Positions 18,859-30,009 of a DNA stretch of 64,000 nucleotides are shown in pieces. This DNA comes from an uncultured Blautia sp. (lineage in GTDB: Bacteria > Bacillota > Clostridia > Lachnospirales > Lachnospiraceae), in NCBI GenBank assembly GCA_900551715.1, contig URXG01000005.1, positions 127 to 64,126 on the forward strand, read 5' to 3'. A program made the position numbers and the translations under genes. Under the pieces are notes generated by a model. It worked only from the letters and a program-made list of their open reading frames with translations. It had not been told where the DNA came from and made no database searches. Each line of letters begins with the position of its first letter. The first letter of the stretch is position 1.

Positions 18859-20940
18859 ATGCTGGATGTGAACAATGGCAGAGAATATCTGCAATATGTA
18901 ATAGAATGTCTGAACAGAAGACTGAAGGAAACAGATACAGCAATTCTGGAAGGAACCAGAGAGATCGAGAACATGCACGAATACTACTGGGAAAATTATA
19001 CAGAGATGGATCAGTACGGGTATGAGGATTTTGATAACAGGCAGGCACTGCAGCGACAGGTGAATGCCAACGAAGAGCAGTTTCTTCTTCGCAAACGTTT
19101 CCGCAAAATGCTGGATTCTCCTTTCTTTGGAAGAGTAGATTTTCTTTATGAAGGAGATGAGGAGCCGGAGGCTTTTTATATCGGTATTGCTAATCTTTCC
19201 GAGAAAGCAGGGAGCCGACCGCTGGTATATGACTGGAGAGCACCGGTCAGCGGACTTTTTTATGATTATGACAGAGGTCCTGCTTCTTATGAAGCACCTT
19301 CCGGAATTTTTGAAGGAGAGATCACTTCCAAGTGGCAGTACAAGATCCGTAAGGGAAATCTGGTCTACGAATTTGAAAGTGATGTAAAGATCGACGATGA
19401 AATCCTGAAGGCGGAGCTTGGAAGCAACGGAGAAGTACAGCTGAAAAATATCATCCGTACCATCCAGAAGGAGCAGAATGCCATCATCCGCAATACGCAT
19501 GACCGGATCATGGTTATTCAGGGGGCAGCAGGAAGTGGCAAGACTTCTGTGGCACTTCACAGGATCGCCTATCTTCTGTATCATGACAGAGAACACCTGA
19601 AATCATCCAACATTCTGGTTTTGTCACCAAACAGTGTGTTTGCAGATTATATTTCTCATATTCTGCCGGAGCTGGGAGAAGAGAATATCCGGGAAATGAG
19701 TTTTGATCTGTTTGCTTATAAGGAGTTGAAGGATATTGTTTCTGACTGTGAGGACAGGTATGACCAGATTGAACGGTCAGTATTATATCCACAGTCCCAG
19801 AAGCTCTGCAGGGAAAAGCAGTCCAGGGAATTTACAGCCAGACTGGATGGCTATATGATGGCACTGGAAGATGAACTGATGAATTTCCGGGATATAGAAT
19901 ACAGGGGATATGAACTGAAAGAATCCCAAATTATTGATTTTTTTTATTTTAAGTTTATGGATATTCCCCTTCTGTCCCGTATGGTGGCAGTGGCAGAATA
20001 TTTTATTGACGAAGTGGAGACACTGAGAGACAGAGATCTTTCGGAAGAAGAAAAAGAAGAGATCACCGAGAAATTCCTCAGGATGTACGAAACAAGAGAC
20101 TGTTATATTCTGTACAGCCGGTTCCTGGAAGAACAGGGCATGAAGCCGCTTCCAAGAGTCGCTTTTGAGAAAAGAAAACTGAAATACGAAGATGTGTACC
20201 CGGTTCTTTATCTGAAATATTCTCTTTATCGTGCCGGTACCAACAACGGTATCAAGCATCTGGTCGTGGATGAGATGCAGGATTATTCATGGATCCAGTA
20301 CCTTCTTCTTAAGAAACTGTTTCCATGCAGAATGACCATCTTGGGAGACCGGGCGCAGACCATGGAAGAGCATCAGCAGGATGTACTGGGATTTTTACCA
20401 AAGATCTTTGGGAAAGATATCCGCAGGATCATCATGAACCGCAGCTACCGCAACACTGTGGAGATTGCAGAATATGCCAACCAGCTGGCAGGAATCCAGG
20501 ACATGGAGCTTTTTGAACGTCATGGGAGACCGGTGGAAGAGAGTTCTTTCCCAGACCGAGAATCTGCACTGGATCAGGTACTGGAGATCTGGAAAGAAGC
20601 CAGTTCCAGATTTGAGACTGCTGCCCTTGTTTTTCTCACAGAAAAAGAAGCCAGATATGCAGCTTCCTATCTGAAAGAAAAAATAAATGCAGACAGTGCT
20701 ACGGAGAACACAGATAAAGAAACCGTCTCTGTTTCCTATCTGGACCGCAACAGCCAGACTTTCCACAAAGGTCTTACAGTGACTACTTTTTATCTGGCAA
20801 AGGGACTGGAGTTTGATCAGGTTTTCGGACTGTTTCGTAAAGAGGTGGAGGACCGTGCAGATTCCATACAGAAACAGGCCAGGTATATAACAGCTACCAG
20901 AGCTCTTCATGAGCTTTTTATGTACAGTTTTCAGAGCTGA
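18859..20940 (+). CDS. helD: HelD-like RNA polymerase recycling ATPase (UvrD-like)
   Basis: SPFFGRVDF, DWRAPVS, TIQKEQNAIIR, GAAGSGKT, DEMQD, KGLEFD. Start uncertain (18859 ATG or 18868 GTG). Confidence 0.85.
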   Translation: MLDVNNGREYLQYVIECLNRRLKETDTAILEGTREIENMHEYYWENYTEMDQYGYEDFDNRQALQRQVNANEEQFLLRKRFRKMLDSPFFGRVDFLYEGDEEPEAFYIGIANLSEKAGSRPLVYDWRAPVSGLFYDYDRGPASYEAPSGIFEGEITSKWQYKIRKGNLVYEFESDVKIDDEILKAELGSNGEVQLKNIIRTIQKEQNAIIRNTHDRIMVIQGAAGSGKTSVALHRIAYLLYHDREHLKSSNILVLSPNSVFADYISHILPELGEENIREMSFDLFAYKELKDIVSDCEDRYDQIERSVLYPQSQKLCREKQSREFTARLDGYMMALEDELMNFRDIEYRGYELKESQIIDFFYFKFMDIPLLSRMVAVAEYFIDEVETLRDRDLSEEEKEEITEKFLRMYETRDCYILYSRFLEEQGMKPLPRVAFEKRKLKYEDVYPVLYLKYSLYRAGTNNGIKHLVVDEMQDYSWIQYLLLKKLFPCRMTILGDRAQTMEEHQQDVLGFLPKIFGKDIRRIIMNRSYRNTVEIAEYANQLAGIQDMELFERHGRPVEESSFPDRESALDQVLEIWKEASSRFETAALVFLTEKEARYAASYLKEKINADSATENTDKETVSVSYLDRNSQTFHKGLTVTTFYLAKGLEFDQVFGLFRKEVEDRADSIQKQARYITATRALHELFMYSFQS

Positions 20941-21009
20941 AAAGATTTTTTTATAAAAAAATTTAGGAATAGTTTCATAGTTATTTCACAGTTGCAGGGA
21001 CAAATGACA

Positions 21010-21038
21010 TTGACAGCCCTGTAATAAAACTGTAAAAT
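21010..21038 (+). promoter_or_regulatory. sigma-A promoter
   Basis: TTGACA-N17-TAAAAT. Confidence 0.65.
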
Positions 21039-21080
21039 ATAGCACAGGATATCATAAACATTTATTTTAAGGAGGATGTT

Positions 21081-22190
21081 ATGAAGAACAAAAGAATACT
21101 TGCGCTTTTAGCACTTACTATATCAGCATCAGTGTTTATGTCAGCATGTAGCTTTTTCGGAGGGGATGAACCGGAAGAATCAGTTGCAGTGACTGTCACA
21201 CCGACACCGGTGGCTACAGAGACACCTACACCGGAGCCGACCATTGCACCGAATGTACAGAGTACTACTTATACTTCTGCAGACAAGACAATGGCGATCA
21301 ACCTTCCGGATGCTACCTGGTCCAATAAGTCCGACGAAACAGATATGCTCAGTTTTGAATCACCGGAGCAGGGAAGCATTCTGATCCTTCATGGACAGGG
21401 GGCAGATACCATGTCTTCTACAGTGATTCCTACCACTGAAGATATGGCAGTATCTCTGGAACAGGCAGACGGAGACAAGACTCAGGGAACAGATTTTAAT
21501 ATTTATGAGTACAAGTCAGAAGATGTAAACGGAATTGGTGTATACAGTTACGTAACCAAGATGCTTAATACAGAAAAGAGTGGCGGTAGCCGTTACGTGA
21601 TTCATAAGGTATTTGCCAACGACACCGAATATTATAATATCACAGCTTCTGTTAAGACAAAAGCTGCACTGGACTCTGTAAGAGCAGCCGTAGATTCTTT
21701 CCAGATCCTTGGTGATTCTTCCCTGAAAGAAGCAGCACCTGCAACAGCTGCCGCTACTACACCGGCAGGTACAGACACTGCTTCCACAGACAGCACAGCA
21801 GGAACAGATACACCTTCCACAGATGGTACCTCAACAGACGGAACCACTACAGATGGAACAGCTTCTGATGGAACAACCACAGACAGCAGCACTGCAGATG
21901 CTTCCCAGAGCGACAGTAATGACAGCAGTTCTGGCAGCAGTGATGACAGCTCTGATGGATATGCAGGATTTACCAATGAGCAGCTGAGCAACACAGACGA
22001 GACCAGAACTATTTATCGTAACTCAGACGGACATCCGATTGTTGTTACACCAGATGGAAATGGTAATTGGGGTGACTTTGATGGCAATACTTATCGTTTC
22101 ACCGGTGAGTCAGACGTTTATGATCAGAATGACGAAAGTTATTACTGGCATGGAGAAGCAGCAGATGTATATTATATGACTGTACGATAA
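21081..22190 (+). CDS. Lipoprotein with Pro/Thr and Thr/Asp/Ser-rich linkers
   Basis: Signal peptide with lipobox MSAC, TPTP linker and TDG repeats. Confidence 0.8.
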   Translation: MKNKRILALLALTISASVFMSACSFFGGDEPEESVAVTVTPTPVATETPTPEPTIAPNVQSTTYTSADKTMAINLPDATWSNKSDETDMLSFESPEQGSILILHGQGADTMSSTVIPTTEDMAVSLEQADGDKTQGTDFNIYEYKSEDVNGIGVYSYVTKMLNTEKSGGSRYVIHKVFANDTEYYNITASVKTKAALDSVRAAVDSFQILGDSSLKEAAPATAAATTPAGTDTASTDSTAGTDTPSTDGTSTDGTTTDGTASDGTTTDSSTADASQSDSNDSSSGSSDDSSDGYAGFTNEQLSNTDETRTIYRNSDGHPIVVTPDGNGNWGDFDGNTYRFTGESDVYDQNDESYYWHGEAADVYYMTVR

Positions 22191-22210
22191 TAAGAACAGT
22201 AAAGTGAAAC

Positions 22211-22238
22211 AAGGCAGGTGAGAGATCATCTGCCTTTT
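22211..22238 (+). terminator. Intrinsic terminator
   Basis: AAGGCAGGTGA...TCATCTGCCTTTT. Confidence 0.65.
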
Positions 22239-22259
22239 CATCTACAGGGAGGAAAATCA

Positions 22260-23018
22260 TTGGAAACATATGGAAAATTTGCCAGGGTTTATGATCTTTT
22301 CATGGACAATATAGATTATGAGGAATGGGCAGATTATATACAGAAACATCTGGAAGAACAGGGAATCCGGGATGGTCTGGTACTGGAACTTGGATGTGGT
22401 ACAGGTACCATGACAGGATTGCTTGCACAAAAAGGATATGATATGATTGGAGTGGATAATTCCGAAGAGATGCTGGCAGAAGCCATGGAAAAGAAAATGG
22501 AATCCGGCCAGGATATTCTTTATCTTCTGCAGGATATGCAGGAGTTTGAATTGTACGGAACAGTACGAGCAGTAGTCAGCGTCTGTGACAGTCTGAATTA
22601 TCTTACAGAAAAAGAAGATCTTCTCCAGGTATTCCGGCTGGTGAATAATTATCTGGATCCGGGCGGGGTATTCCTTTTTGATATGAATACCATACATAAA
22701 TACAGAGATATCCTGGGAGATACAACCATCGCAGAGAACAGAGATGAGGGAAGTTTTATCTGGGATAATACCTTTGACGAAGAAAACAGCCTGAATTATT
22801 ATGAACTTGCCATGTTTCTGCCAAGAGAGGATGGTCTCTATGAGAAATGTGAAGAGCTTCACTGTCAGAAAGCTTATGAGGAAAGTGAGATCAAAGATCT
22901 CATAAAAGAAGCCGGAATGGAACTTCTGGCAGTTTACGATGCCTATACTATGAATCCTGCAACAGAGGAAAGCGAGAGACTGTTTTTTGTTGCAGGAGAA
23001 AAAGGCAAAAATATTTGA
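22260..23018 (+). CDS. Class I SAM-dependent methyltransferase
   Basis: VLELGCGTG, GVDNSEEML. TTG start after GGAGG. Confidence 0.9.
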   Translation: METYGKFARVYDLFMDNIDYEEWADYIQKHLEEQGIRDGLVLELGCGTGTMTGLLAQKGYDMIGVDNSEEMLAEAMEKKMESGQDILYLLQDMQEFELYGTVRAVVSVCDSLNYLTEKEDLLQVFRLVNNYLDPGGVFLFDMNTIHKYRDILGDTTIAENRDEGSFIWDNTFDEENSLNYYELAMFLPREDGLYEKCEELHCQKAYEESEIKDLIKEAGMELLAVYDAYTMNPATEESERLFFVAGEKGKNI

Positions 23019-23044
23019 CAAAAGTATGAGAGGAACAACTTGAA

Positions 23045-23923
23045 ATGAATGATTATATTGTAAGAGCAGTGGCTGCTGACAGCCAGATCAGAGCATTTGC
23101 AGCAGTTACCACAGAAACAGTGGAAACAGCCAGAAAGGATCACAATACCAGCCCGGTAGCTACCGCAGCACTGGGACGACTCCTTACAGGCGGAGCCATG
23201 ATGGGCGTAATGATGAAAGGGGAAAATGACATCCTTACGCTTCAGATCAAGGGAGACGGACCTATCAATGGAATCATGGTAACTGCTGATTCCAAAGGAA
23301 GAGTTAAGGGATATGCAGGCAATCCCCAGGTGCTGATCCCTGCCAACAGCAAAGGCAAGCTGGATGTATCCGGAGCAGTAGGAAACGGTATCCTGAATGT
23401 GATCAAAGATATGGGACTGAAAGAGCCTTATTCCGGACAGGTGGCATTGCAGACAGGAGAGATCGCAGAAGATCTTACTTATTATTTTGCAGTCAGTGAA
23501 CAGGTGCCTTCAGCAGTGGGTCTGGGAGTTCTTATGAACAAGGACAATACAGTACGCCAGGCAGGTGGATTTATTGTACAGGTAATGCCTTTTGCAGAGG
23601 AATCCACCATTGCGAAACTGGAACAGAACGTGCAGAAGATCCAGTCAGTAACCACACTGCTGGAACAGGGACATACACCGGAAAGTCTTCTTGAGCAGGT
23701 TCTGGAAGGATTTGACATTGAGATTAACGATACCATACCTACAGAATTTTACTGTAACTGCGACAAAAACAGAGTAGAAAAAGCTTTGATCAGCATTGGA
23801 AGAAAAGAATTAAACGAACTGATCCAGGAAGGCAAAGAAGTAGAGCTGAACTGCCATTTTTGCAATACCAATTATGTGTTCAGTGTGGAAGAGTTAAAAG
23901 AGATTCTCAGAAAGTGTAAATAA
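23045..23923 (+). CDS. hslO: Hsp33 redox-regulated chaperone
   Basis: ALGRLLT, SEQVPS, Zn motif CNC...CHFC. Confidence 0.95.
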   Translation: MNDYIVRAVAADSQIRAFAAVTTETVETARKDHNTSPVATAALGRLLTGGAMMGVMMKGENDILTLQIKGDGPINGIMVTADSKGRVKGYAGNPQVLIPANSKGKLDVSGAVGNGILNVIKDMGLKEPYSGQVALQTGEIAEDLTYYFAVSEQVPSAVGLGVLMNKDNTVRQAGGFIVQVMPFAEESTIAKLEQNVQKIQSVTTLLEQGHTPESLLEQVLEGFDIEINDTIPTEFYCNCDKNRVEKALISIGRKELNELIQEGKEVELNCHFCNTNYVFSVEELKEILRKCK

Positions 23924-23973
23924 CCATACACCATTCTTTACAGTGGTAAGCTGTAAGAGGCAAGGAGGAAACG

Positions 23974-26076
23974 GTGAAAGACGGATTTATTAAAGTGGCT
24001 GCAGGAACTCCGGATGTTCAGGTGGCAGACTGCGAATTTAATGCAGACAAGATTATCGAAATGGTTCAAGAAATGGAGAAACAGGGTGCAAAGGTTATGG
24101 TATTCCCGGAACTTTGTATTACAGGATATACCTGTGGAGATCTGTTCTGGCAGGAAACTCTTCTGGAAGAAGCCAGAGCACAGCTTCTCCGTATTGCAGA
24201 AGAGACCGAAGAGGTAGATGCACTGATTTTTGTAGGTCTGCCACTGGAATATCAGGGCAAACTCTACAACGTGGCGGCAGGTCTCAGTCATGGAGAAATC
24301 CTTGGATTTGTACCGAAGATCAATCTGCCAAACTATAACGAGTTTTATGAAGCAAGATATTTTACTTCCGGGGAAAAGGTAGATGGAAGCATTACTATCA
24401 AGAAAGAAGCACCGGAACTGGAATTTGACACAGAGAAATTTGCAGGAATCCTTACCGGAGGAAAGGTCATCGAATTTGGCTTTGACGATATGGATGAAGA
24501 GTATGATATGGAAGACGAGGAGAATCCGGATTATATAGAAGATGATTCCGAAGAAGAAGACATGGACGAATACGATGTGTCCATTTCTCCCAATTTGGTC
24601 TTTACCTGTAATGAAATACCGAAACTGCAGGTTGCTGCAGAGATTTGTGAGGATCTGTGGGTACCCAACCCTCCAAGTGTACAGCATGCCTATCATGGAG
24701 CCAACCTGATCGTGAATCTTTCAGCCAGCGATGAAGTGGTTGGAAAGGATGCTTACCGGAGAAGTCTTGTCAGCGCACAGTCAGCAAGACTTCTCTGCGG
24801 ATATATTTATGCCAATGCCGGTGAGGGAGAGTCTACTCAGGATGTGGTATACGGAGGCCATAACCTGATCGCAGAAAATGGCACTATCCTTGCAGAAAGC
24901 AGACGTTTTGTCAATGGAGTCATCTATGCAGATCTGGATATCAACAGACTGAACAACGAAAGACGGAGAATGACCACCTGCCAGTTTGCACCGGATATCA
25001 CGCCGGAAGGACAGAACATTTATTATAATGAAGCATTCTTTTCTCTTGAGATGGAAGAAACAGAACTTGCCCGTAAGTTTGATTCCAGACCATTTGTACC
25101 AGATGCGAAAGAAGAAAGAGAGCGCCGCTGTGATGAAATCCTGAATATCCAGGCTATGGGACTGAAAAAACGTCTGGCACATATTCATTGCCAGAATGCA
25201 GTGATTGGTCTTTCCGGAGGGCTGGATTCCACACTGGCACTTCTGGTAACAGTACGTGCTTTTGATATGCTGGGAATGGACAGAAGCAAGATCACAGCAG
25301 TTACCATGCCATGTTTCGGTACCACAGACAGAACCTATAATAATGCCTGCCAGCTGAGCCACTGCCTTGGTGCTACCTTGAAGGAAGTGAATATCCGGGA
25401 GGCTGTGAACCTTCATTTCCGGGATATCGGTCATGATCCACAGGTACATGATGTTACCTATGAGAACGGACAGGCAAGAGAGCGTACCCAGATCCTTATG
25501 GACATTGCCAATCAGTCCGGCGGTATTGTTATCGGCACAGGAGATCTTTCTGAACTGGCACTGGGATGGGCTACATACAATGGTGACCATATGTCCATGT
25601 ATGCAGTAAATGCTTCCGTACCAAAGACTCTGGTGCGGCATCTGGTAAGATACTATGCAGATACCTGTAAAGATAAGAAACTGAGAGAAATTCTTCTGGA
25701 TATTCTGGATACACCGGTAAGTCCGGAACTTCTTCCACCAAAGAACGGCGTGATCTCACAGAAAACAGAAGATCTGGTTGGCCCTTATGAACTTCATGAT
25801 TTCTTCCTTTACTATATGCTCCGCTGGACTTTTCCACCGGCAAAGATCTACCGTATGGCACAGAATGCTTTTGCAGGAGAATATGAGGATGAAGTGATCC
25901 TGAAGTGGCTGAAAACATTTTACAGAAGATTTTTTACACAGCAGTTTAAACGTTCCTGTCTTCCGGACGGTCCGAAAGTAGGTAGTGTGGCAGTATCACC
26001 AAGAGGTGACTTACGAATGCCAAGTGATGCTTCCATGAAGCTGTGGATGAGAGAACTGGATAAAATTAAGATTTGA
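23974..26076 (+). CDS. nadE: Glutamine-dependent NAD+ synthetase
   Basis: Nitrilase domain ([23 protein letters not shown]) plus synthetase domain ([19 protein letters not shown]). Confidence 0.95.
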   Translation: MKDGFIKVAAGTPDVQVADCEFNADKIIEMVQEMEKQGAKVMVFPELCITGYTCGDLFWQETLLEEARAQLLRIAEETEEVDALIFVGLPLEYQGKLYNVAAGLSHGEILGFVPKINLPNYNEFYEARYFTSGEKVDGSITIKKEAPELEFDTEKFAGILTGGKVIEFGFDDMDEEYDMEDEENPDYIEDDSEEEDMDEYDVSISPNLVFTCNEIPKLQVAAEICEDLWVPNPPSVQHAYHGANLIVNLSASDEVVGKDAYRRSLVSAQSARLLCGYIYANAGEGESTQDVVYGGHNLIAENGTILAESRRFVNGVIYADLDINRLNNERRRMTTCQFAPDITPEGQNIYYNEAFFSLEMEETELARKFDSRPFVPDAKEERERRCDEILNIQAMGLKKRLAHIHCQNAVIGLSGGLDSTLALLVTVRAFDMLGMDRSKITAVTMPCFGTTDRTYNNACQLSHCLGATLKEVNIREAVNLHFRDIGHDPQVHDVTYENGQARERTQILMDIANQSGGIVIGTGDLSELALGWATYNGDHMSMYAVNASVPKTLVRHLVRYYADTCKDKKLREILLDILDTPVSPELLPPKNGVISQKTEDLVGPYELHDFFLYYMLRWTFPPAKIYRMAQNAFAGEYEDEVILKWLKTFYRRFFTQQFKRSCLPDGPKVGSVAVSPRGDLRMPSDASMKLWMRELDKIKI

Positions 26077-26101
26077 GGTAACGATTCAAAGCGGAGGTCC
26101 G

Positions 26102-26539
26102 TCAGGAAACCTCCGCCTTTTCAACTGCCTTTCTGATAGCTTCGATGAGCATGACAGATGTATATTTCTGGTCGCTGGGATAATCCAGATTTTCCAGGGA
26201 CTGGCTGGAATAGATCTGGCTTGCCAAGGAATCCAGGGCAGGTTCGATCAGTGGAAACATGGCGGCAGTAGTCTCACTTAAATTGGTAAGATGAATAGAA
26301 CTGATCCGGTCTGCATCTACAGTTACTTCCACATCGAAGGTATTGTTGTTCAGAGAAAGAGAAGAACGATAAATACCAGGTGTATACCTGGATGTACCCA
26401 TGGAAGAGACCTGAGAGCTCTTTCCGGAACCAAACATAAAAAATACCAGTATTCCCAGAATGATCAGGAGAACCAGAAAGATGGCTGTATAGATCACTTC
26501 TTTCATATGTAATACAACGATTTTTGTTTTGGAACTCAT
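26102..26539 (-). CDS. Conserved single-TM hypothetical protein (FMN-bind-like extracellular domain)
   Basis: N-terminal TM helix then YTPGIY...VEVTVD...I. GGAGG RBS. Confidence 0.7.
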   Translation of the reverse strand: MSSKTKIVVLHMKEVIYTAIFLVLLIILGILVFFMFGSGKSSQVSSMGTSRYTPGIYRSSLSLNNNTFDVEVTVDADRISSIHLTNLSETTAAMFPLIEPALDSLASQIYSSQSLENLDYPSDQKYTSVMLIEAIRKAVEKAEVS

Positions 26540-26681
26540 TTTTTTGCCTCCTGATGGATGTTTTGGTTTTCTGTTTCGGATCCAGTTATTTTTCAGGGTA
26601 ACTGCTCCTTATATCTTATTAGAGCAGCTGGTGTTTTATGCTGATCTGCAGGCAAAAAAGCAGTGATTTTTGGAGGTTTAT

Positions 26682-29600
26682 ATGTCATTACAGTTTATTA
26701 TAGGAAATTCAGGAGCCGGTAAGTCCGTAAAAGCCTGTGAAGAGATCATCCGCAAAGGAATAGAACATCCGGACAGACGTTATTATGTGATTGTACCGGA
26801 GCAGTTTACCATGCAGACGCAGAAAACGCTGGTGGAGATGCATCCCAGAGGAGGAATCCTGAATATTGATGTGCTGAGTTTTGAGCGTCTGGCTTACAGA
26901 GTTCTGGGAGAAGTCGGTGGAGATACCAGGCAGCTTCTGGAAGAAACCGGCAAAAATATGGTTTTGCAGAAACTGGTACAGAGAAAAGAGAAAGATCTGA
27001 CCTATCTGAAAAATCAGATGAAAAAAGCAGGTTATCTGGATGAAGTAAAGTCCCTGATCTCAGAATTTATGCAGTATGAGATCAGAGAAGAAGAGCTGGG
27101 CAAAATGCTTCAGGAAGCAGAAGACAAGCCTCTTCTGCATATGAAACTGAAGGATGTGTCTGTACTGTATGATGCTTTCCGGGAATATTTATCCGGGCAT
27201 TATATGACTTCAGAGGAAGTACTGGAGATTCTGGTAAAAGAGATTCCTTTCTCAGAGAAGTTGAAAGGCAGCGAAGTGTTGCTGGACGGATATACAGGTT
27301 TTACTCCTGTACAGCACAAAGTCATTCAGGAGCTTTTGGCTGTGTGCAGGAAAGTGACAGTGACAGTTACCATGGATGTAAGGGAAGAGGTACTTTCTCG
27401 AGGAAAACCCCATCAGCTTTTTTATATGAGTCACAAGATGGTCTGCAATCTGGCAGAACTTACCAGAGAGATAGAAGAATCCATAAAAATTGCACCGGGC
27501 GGGACTTCCAGATTTTCCCATGCACCTGCACTGGAGTTCCTGGAACAGAATATCTTCCGTTACCGGAAAAAAATCTTCCGGGAATCCCAGGAGGAAATTT
27601 GTCTTTTTTCTGCTGGCAATCCCCAGAAAGAGACAGAAGAAGTTGCAAGGCGGATCCTCCGGCTGGTAAGGGAAAAGAATTATCATTATGGTGAGATTGC
27701 AGTGATCACAGGGAATCTGGAAGAATATGGAAGCATATCCAGACAGGTGTTCCGAAATGCAGGAATCCCATTTTTTATTGATGAAAAGCATTCCATCATG
27801 ATGAATCCATTTATAGAGTATTTAAGGGCTGCCATGGAGATGGCTGTCCAGGGATTCAGCTATGAAAGCGTATTCCGGTATCTCCGCTGTGGTATGTCCG
27901 ACATTACCAGAGAGGAAGCAGACCTTCTGGAAAATTATGTGATTGCACTGGGAATCCGGGGGTTAAACAGATGGAAAGAAAAATGGGTTCGTATTTACAG
28001 AGGTATGGAGCCGGAAACCATAGAGAGACTTAATGAGATCCGGGAGAAATTTGTGGAAGAAACAGAAATCCTGAGAGACTGTTTTTCCGGTAAAAAAAGA
28101 ACTGTTTTGGAATACTGTCAGGGACTTTATGCATTTATCGTAAAAAGTAAGATTCAGGAAAAACTGAAAGTCCAGGAAGCGGTATTTCAGCAAAATGGCG
28201 ACAAAGCCATGGAAAAAGAATATGCACAGATTTATGGTATTGTAATGGATCTGCTGGATAAGGCAGCAGAGATTCTGGGAGAAGAGACAGCAACACCAGA
28301 AGAGTTTCGTCAGATCCTGGAAACAGGAATGACCCAGGCAAAAGTGGCTCTGATCCCTCCAAGTATTGACCAGGTACTGGTAGGAGATATGGAGAGAACC
28401 AGGTTGAAAGATATCAGGGCACTGTTCTTTGTAGGAGTAAATGAAGGAAACATTCCCAAGAAAACAGATTCCGGTGGAATGCTTACAGAAACAGACAGGG
28501 AATTTCTGGAAAAACAGGGAATGGAACTGGCGCCAGGTCCCAAAGAGCTGATGAACATGCAAAGGTTTTATCTTTATCTTAACCTGACCAAGCCTTCGGA
28601 ACTTCTCTGCCTTTCCTACAGTCAGACTACCGGTAAAGGAGAAGCCACAGGACCGGCATATCTGATACATTCCATTGAGCACCTTTTTCCGGAAATAAAG
28701 ATCCATGCCGCAGAAACACCGGAGACACAAATGGATCTTCTGGAAACACCAGACACTGCCCTTACTTATGTGGTAGGCGGCTTAAGTGAACAACAGAAAA
28801 GAAAAGACAACCGATATTTTGAGGAACTGTACAGCTGGTACCTGAGAAGTCCGGAATACAGGACACTGATAGAAAAGCTGACAGATGCTGCTTTCATCCG
28901 GAAACCGGTGGACCGGATCAGTGAAAGTGTGGCAAAGGCACTCTATGGAGAAATTTCTCCCAACGGAGCTACCAGACTGGAAAAATTCTGTGCCTGTGCT
29001 TTTGCTCATTTTCTGCAGTATGGTTTGGGTGTTTCTGAACGTGTGGAATATGAGTTCAAAGCCATGGATATGGGAAATGTCATGCACCAGGCTCTGGAAA
29101 ATTTTGCAGAAGAACTGAGAAGAAGAAAGCTGAACTGGAGTGAACTGGATGAGGATACCAGAAATACCCTGGCAGACCAGTGCCTGGATAAAGTAGCCGC
29201 TGATTATGGCAACACCATCCTTCAGAGCAGTGCAAGAAATCATTATATGATTCAGCGTACCAGAAGGATTCTCAGAAGAACAGTGTGGGCCTTGCAGGAA
29301 CAGCTGAAATACGGGGATTTTCAACCGGAAGGTTTTGAAGTAGCAATAGGAGGTGGCAGGATCGACAGAGTAGATATCCTGAAGGAAGATGGAACAGTCT
29401 ATGTAAAAGTCATTGATTATAAGACTGGCAATACTTCTTTTGACCTGGTAAGTATTTATCATGGACTTCAGATGCAGCTGGTAGTCTATATGGATGCTGT
29501 GCTGGAAGTAGAAAAAAAGGTTCACAGAGATCATCAGGTGAAACCTGCGGGAATTTTTTATTACAATATCAAAGACCCTATGATCCAGAAAGATCTTCAG

Positions 29601-30008
29601 GATGACCTGGATCAGATAGATCCGGAGATCATGAAGAAGCTGAAGATGAACGGACTGGTGCTGGCAGATGATGAAGTGATCCATAAGATGGACAGCAGAG
29701 TTTCCTCTATTCCTGTCAGCTACAATAAAAACGGTTCCTACAGAAAAGGTTCTTCTGTTGCCACAGAAAGAGAGTTTCAGCTTCTGGGCGAGTTTGTCCA
29801 GAAGAAAGTGCAGGATGTGACCAGATCGATTCTGGCAGGAGAGGCAGATGTATCTCCTTATGAAATGGGAGACAGAAATGCCTGCACTTATTGTAATTAT
29901 CGTGGTGTCTGCGGTTTTGACAGAAAGGTACCAGGCTATGAATTCCGCCGGATGAAACAGTTTGCAGATGATGAAATCTGGAAGATTATGGAAGGGGAGG
30001 CTGACTGA
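26682..30008 (+). CDS. addB: Helicase-nuclease AddAB subunit B
   Basis: GNSGAGKS, VPEQF, RIDRVD...IDYKTG nuclease motif, Fe-S cysteines (CAF and CTYCNYRGVC). Confidence 0.94.
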   Translation: MSLQFIIGNSGAGKSVKACEEIIRKGIEHPDRRYYVIVPEQFTMQTQKTLVEMHPRGGILNIDVLSFERLAYRVLGEVGGDTRQLLEETGKNMVLQKLVQRKEKDLTYLKNQMKKAGYLDEVKSLISEFMQYEIREEELGKMLQEAEDKPLLHMKLKDVSVLYDAFREYLSGHYMTSEEVLEILVKEIPFSEKLKGSEVLLDGYTGFTPVQHKVIQELLAVCRKVTVTVTMDVREEVLSRGKPHQLFYMSHKMVCNLAELTREIEESIKIAPGGTSRFSHAPALEFLEQNIFRYRKKIFRESQEEICLFSAGNPQKETEEVARRILRLVREKNYHYGEIAVITGNLEEYGSISRQVFRNAGIPFFIDEKHSIMMNPFIEYLRAAMEMAVQGFSYESVFRYLRCGMSDITREEADLLENYVIALGIRGLNRWKEKWVRIYRGMEPETIERLNEIREKFVEETEILRDCFSGKKRTVLEYCQGLYAFIVKSKIQEKLKVQEAVFQQNGDKAMEKEYAQIYGIVMDLLDKAAEILGEETATPEEFRQILETGMTQAKVALIPPSIDQVLVGDMERTRLKDIRALFFVGVNEGNIPKKTDSGGMLTETDREFLEKQGMELAPGPKELMNMQRFYLYLNLTKPSELLCLSYSQTTGKGEATGPAYLIHSIEHLFPEIKIHAAETPETQMDLLETPDTALTYVVGGLSEQQKRKDNRYFEELYSWYLRSPEYRTLIEKLTDAAFIRKPVDRISESVAKALYGEISPNGATRLEKFCACAFAHFLQYGLGVSERVEYEFKAMDMGNVMHQALENFAEELRRRKLNWSELDEDTRNTLADQCLDKVAADYGNTILQSSARNHYMIQRTRRILRRTVWALQEQLKYGDFQPEGFEVAIGGGRIDRVDILKEDGTVYVKVIDYKTGNTSFDLVSIYHGLQMQLVVYMDAVLEVEKKVHRDHQVKPAGIFYYNIKDPMIQKDLQDDLDQIDPEIMKKLKMNGLVLADDEVIHKMDSRVSSIPVSYNKNGSYRKGSSVATEREFQLLGEFVQKKVQDVTRSILAGEADVSPYEMGDRNACTYCNYRGVCGFDRKVPGYEFRRMKQFADDEIWKIMEGEAD

Positions 30009-30009
30009 G

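Noticed and set aside
24397..24579. NadE insertion as an intein or intron
   Set aside because: Too short, in-frame and low-complexity, with no C/S...HN splice motifs
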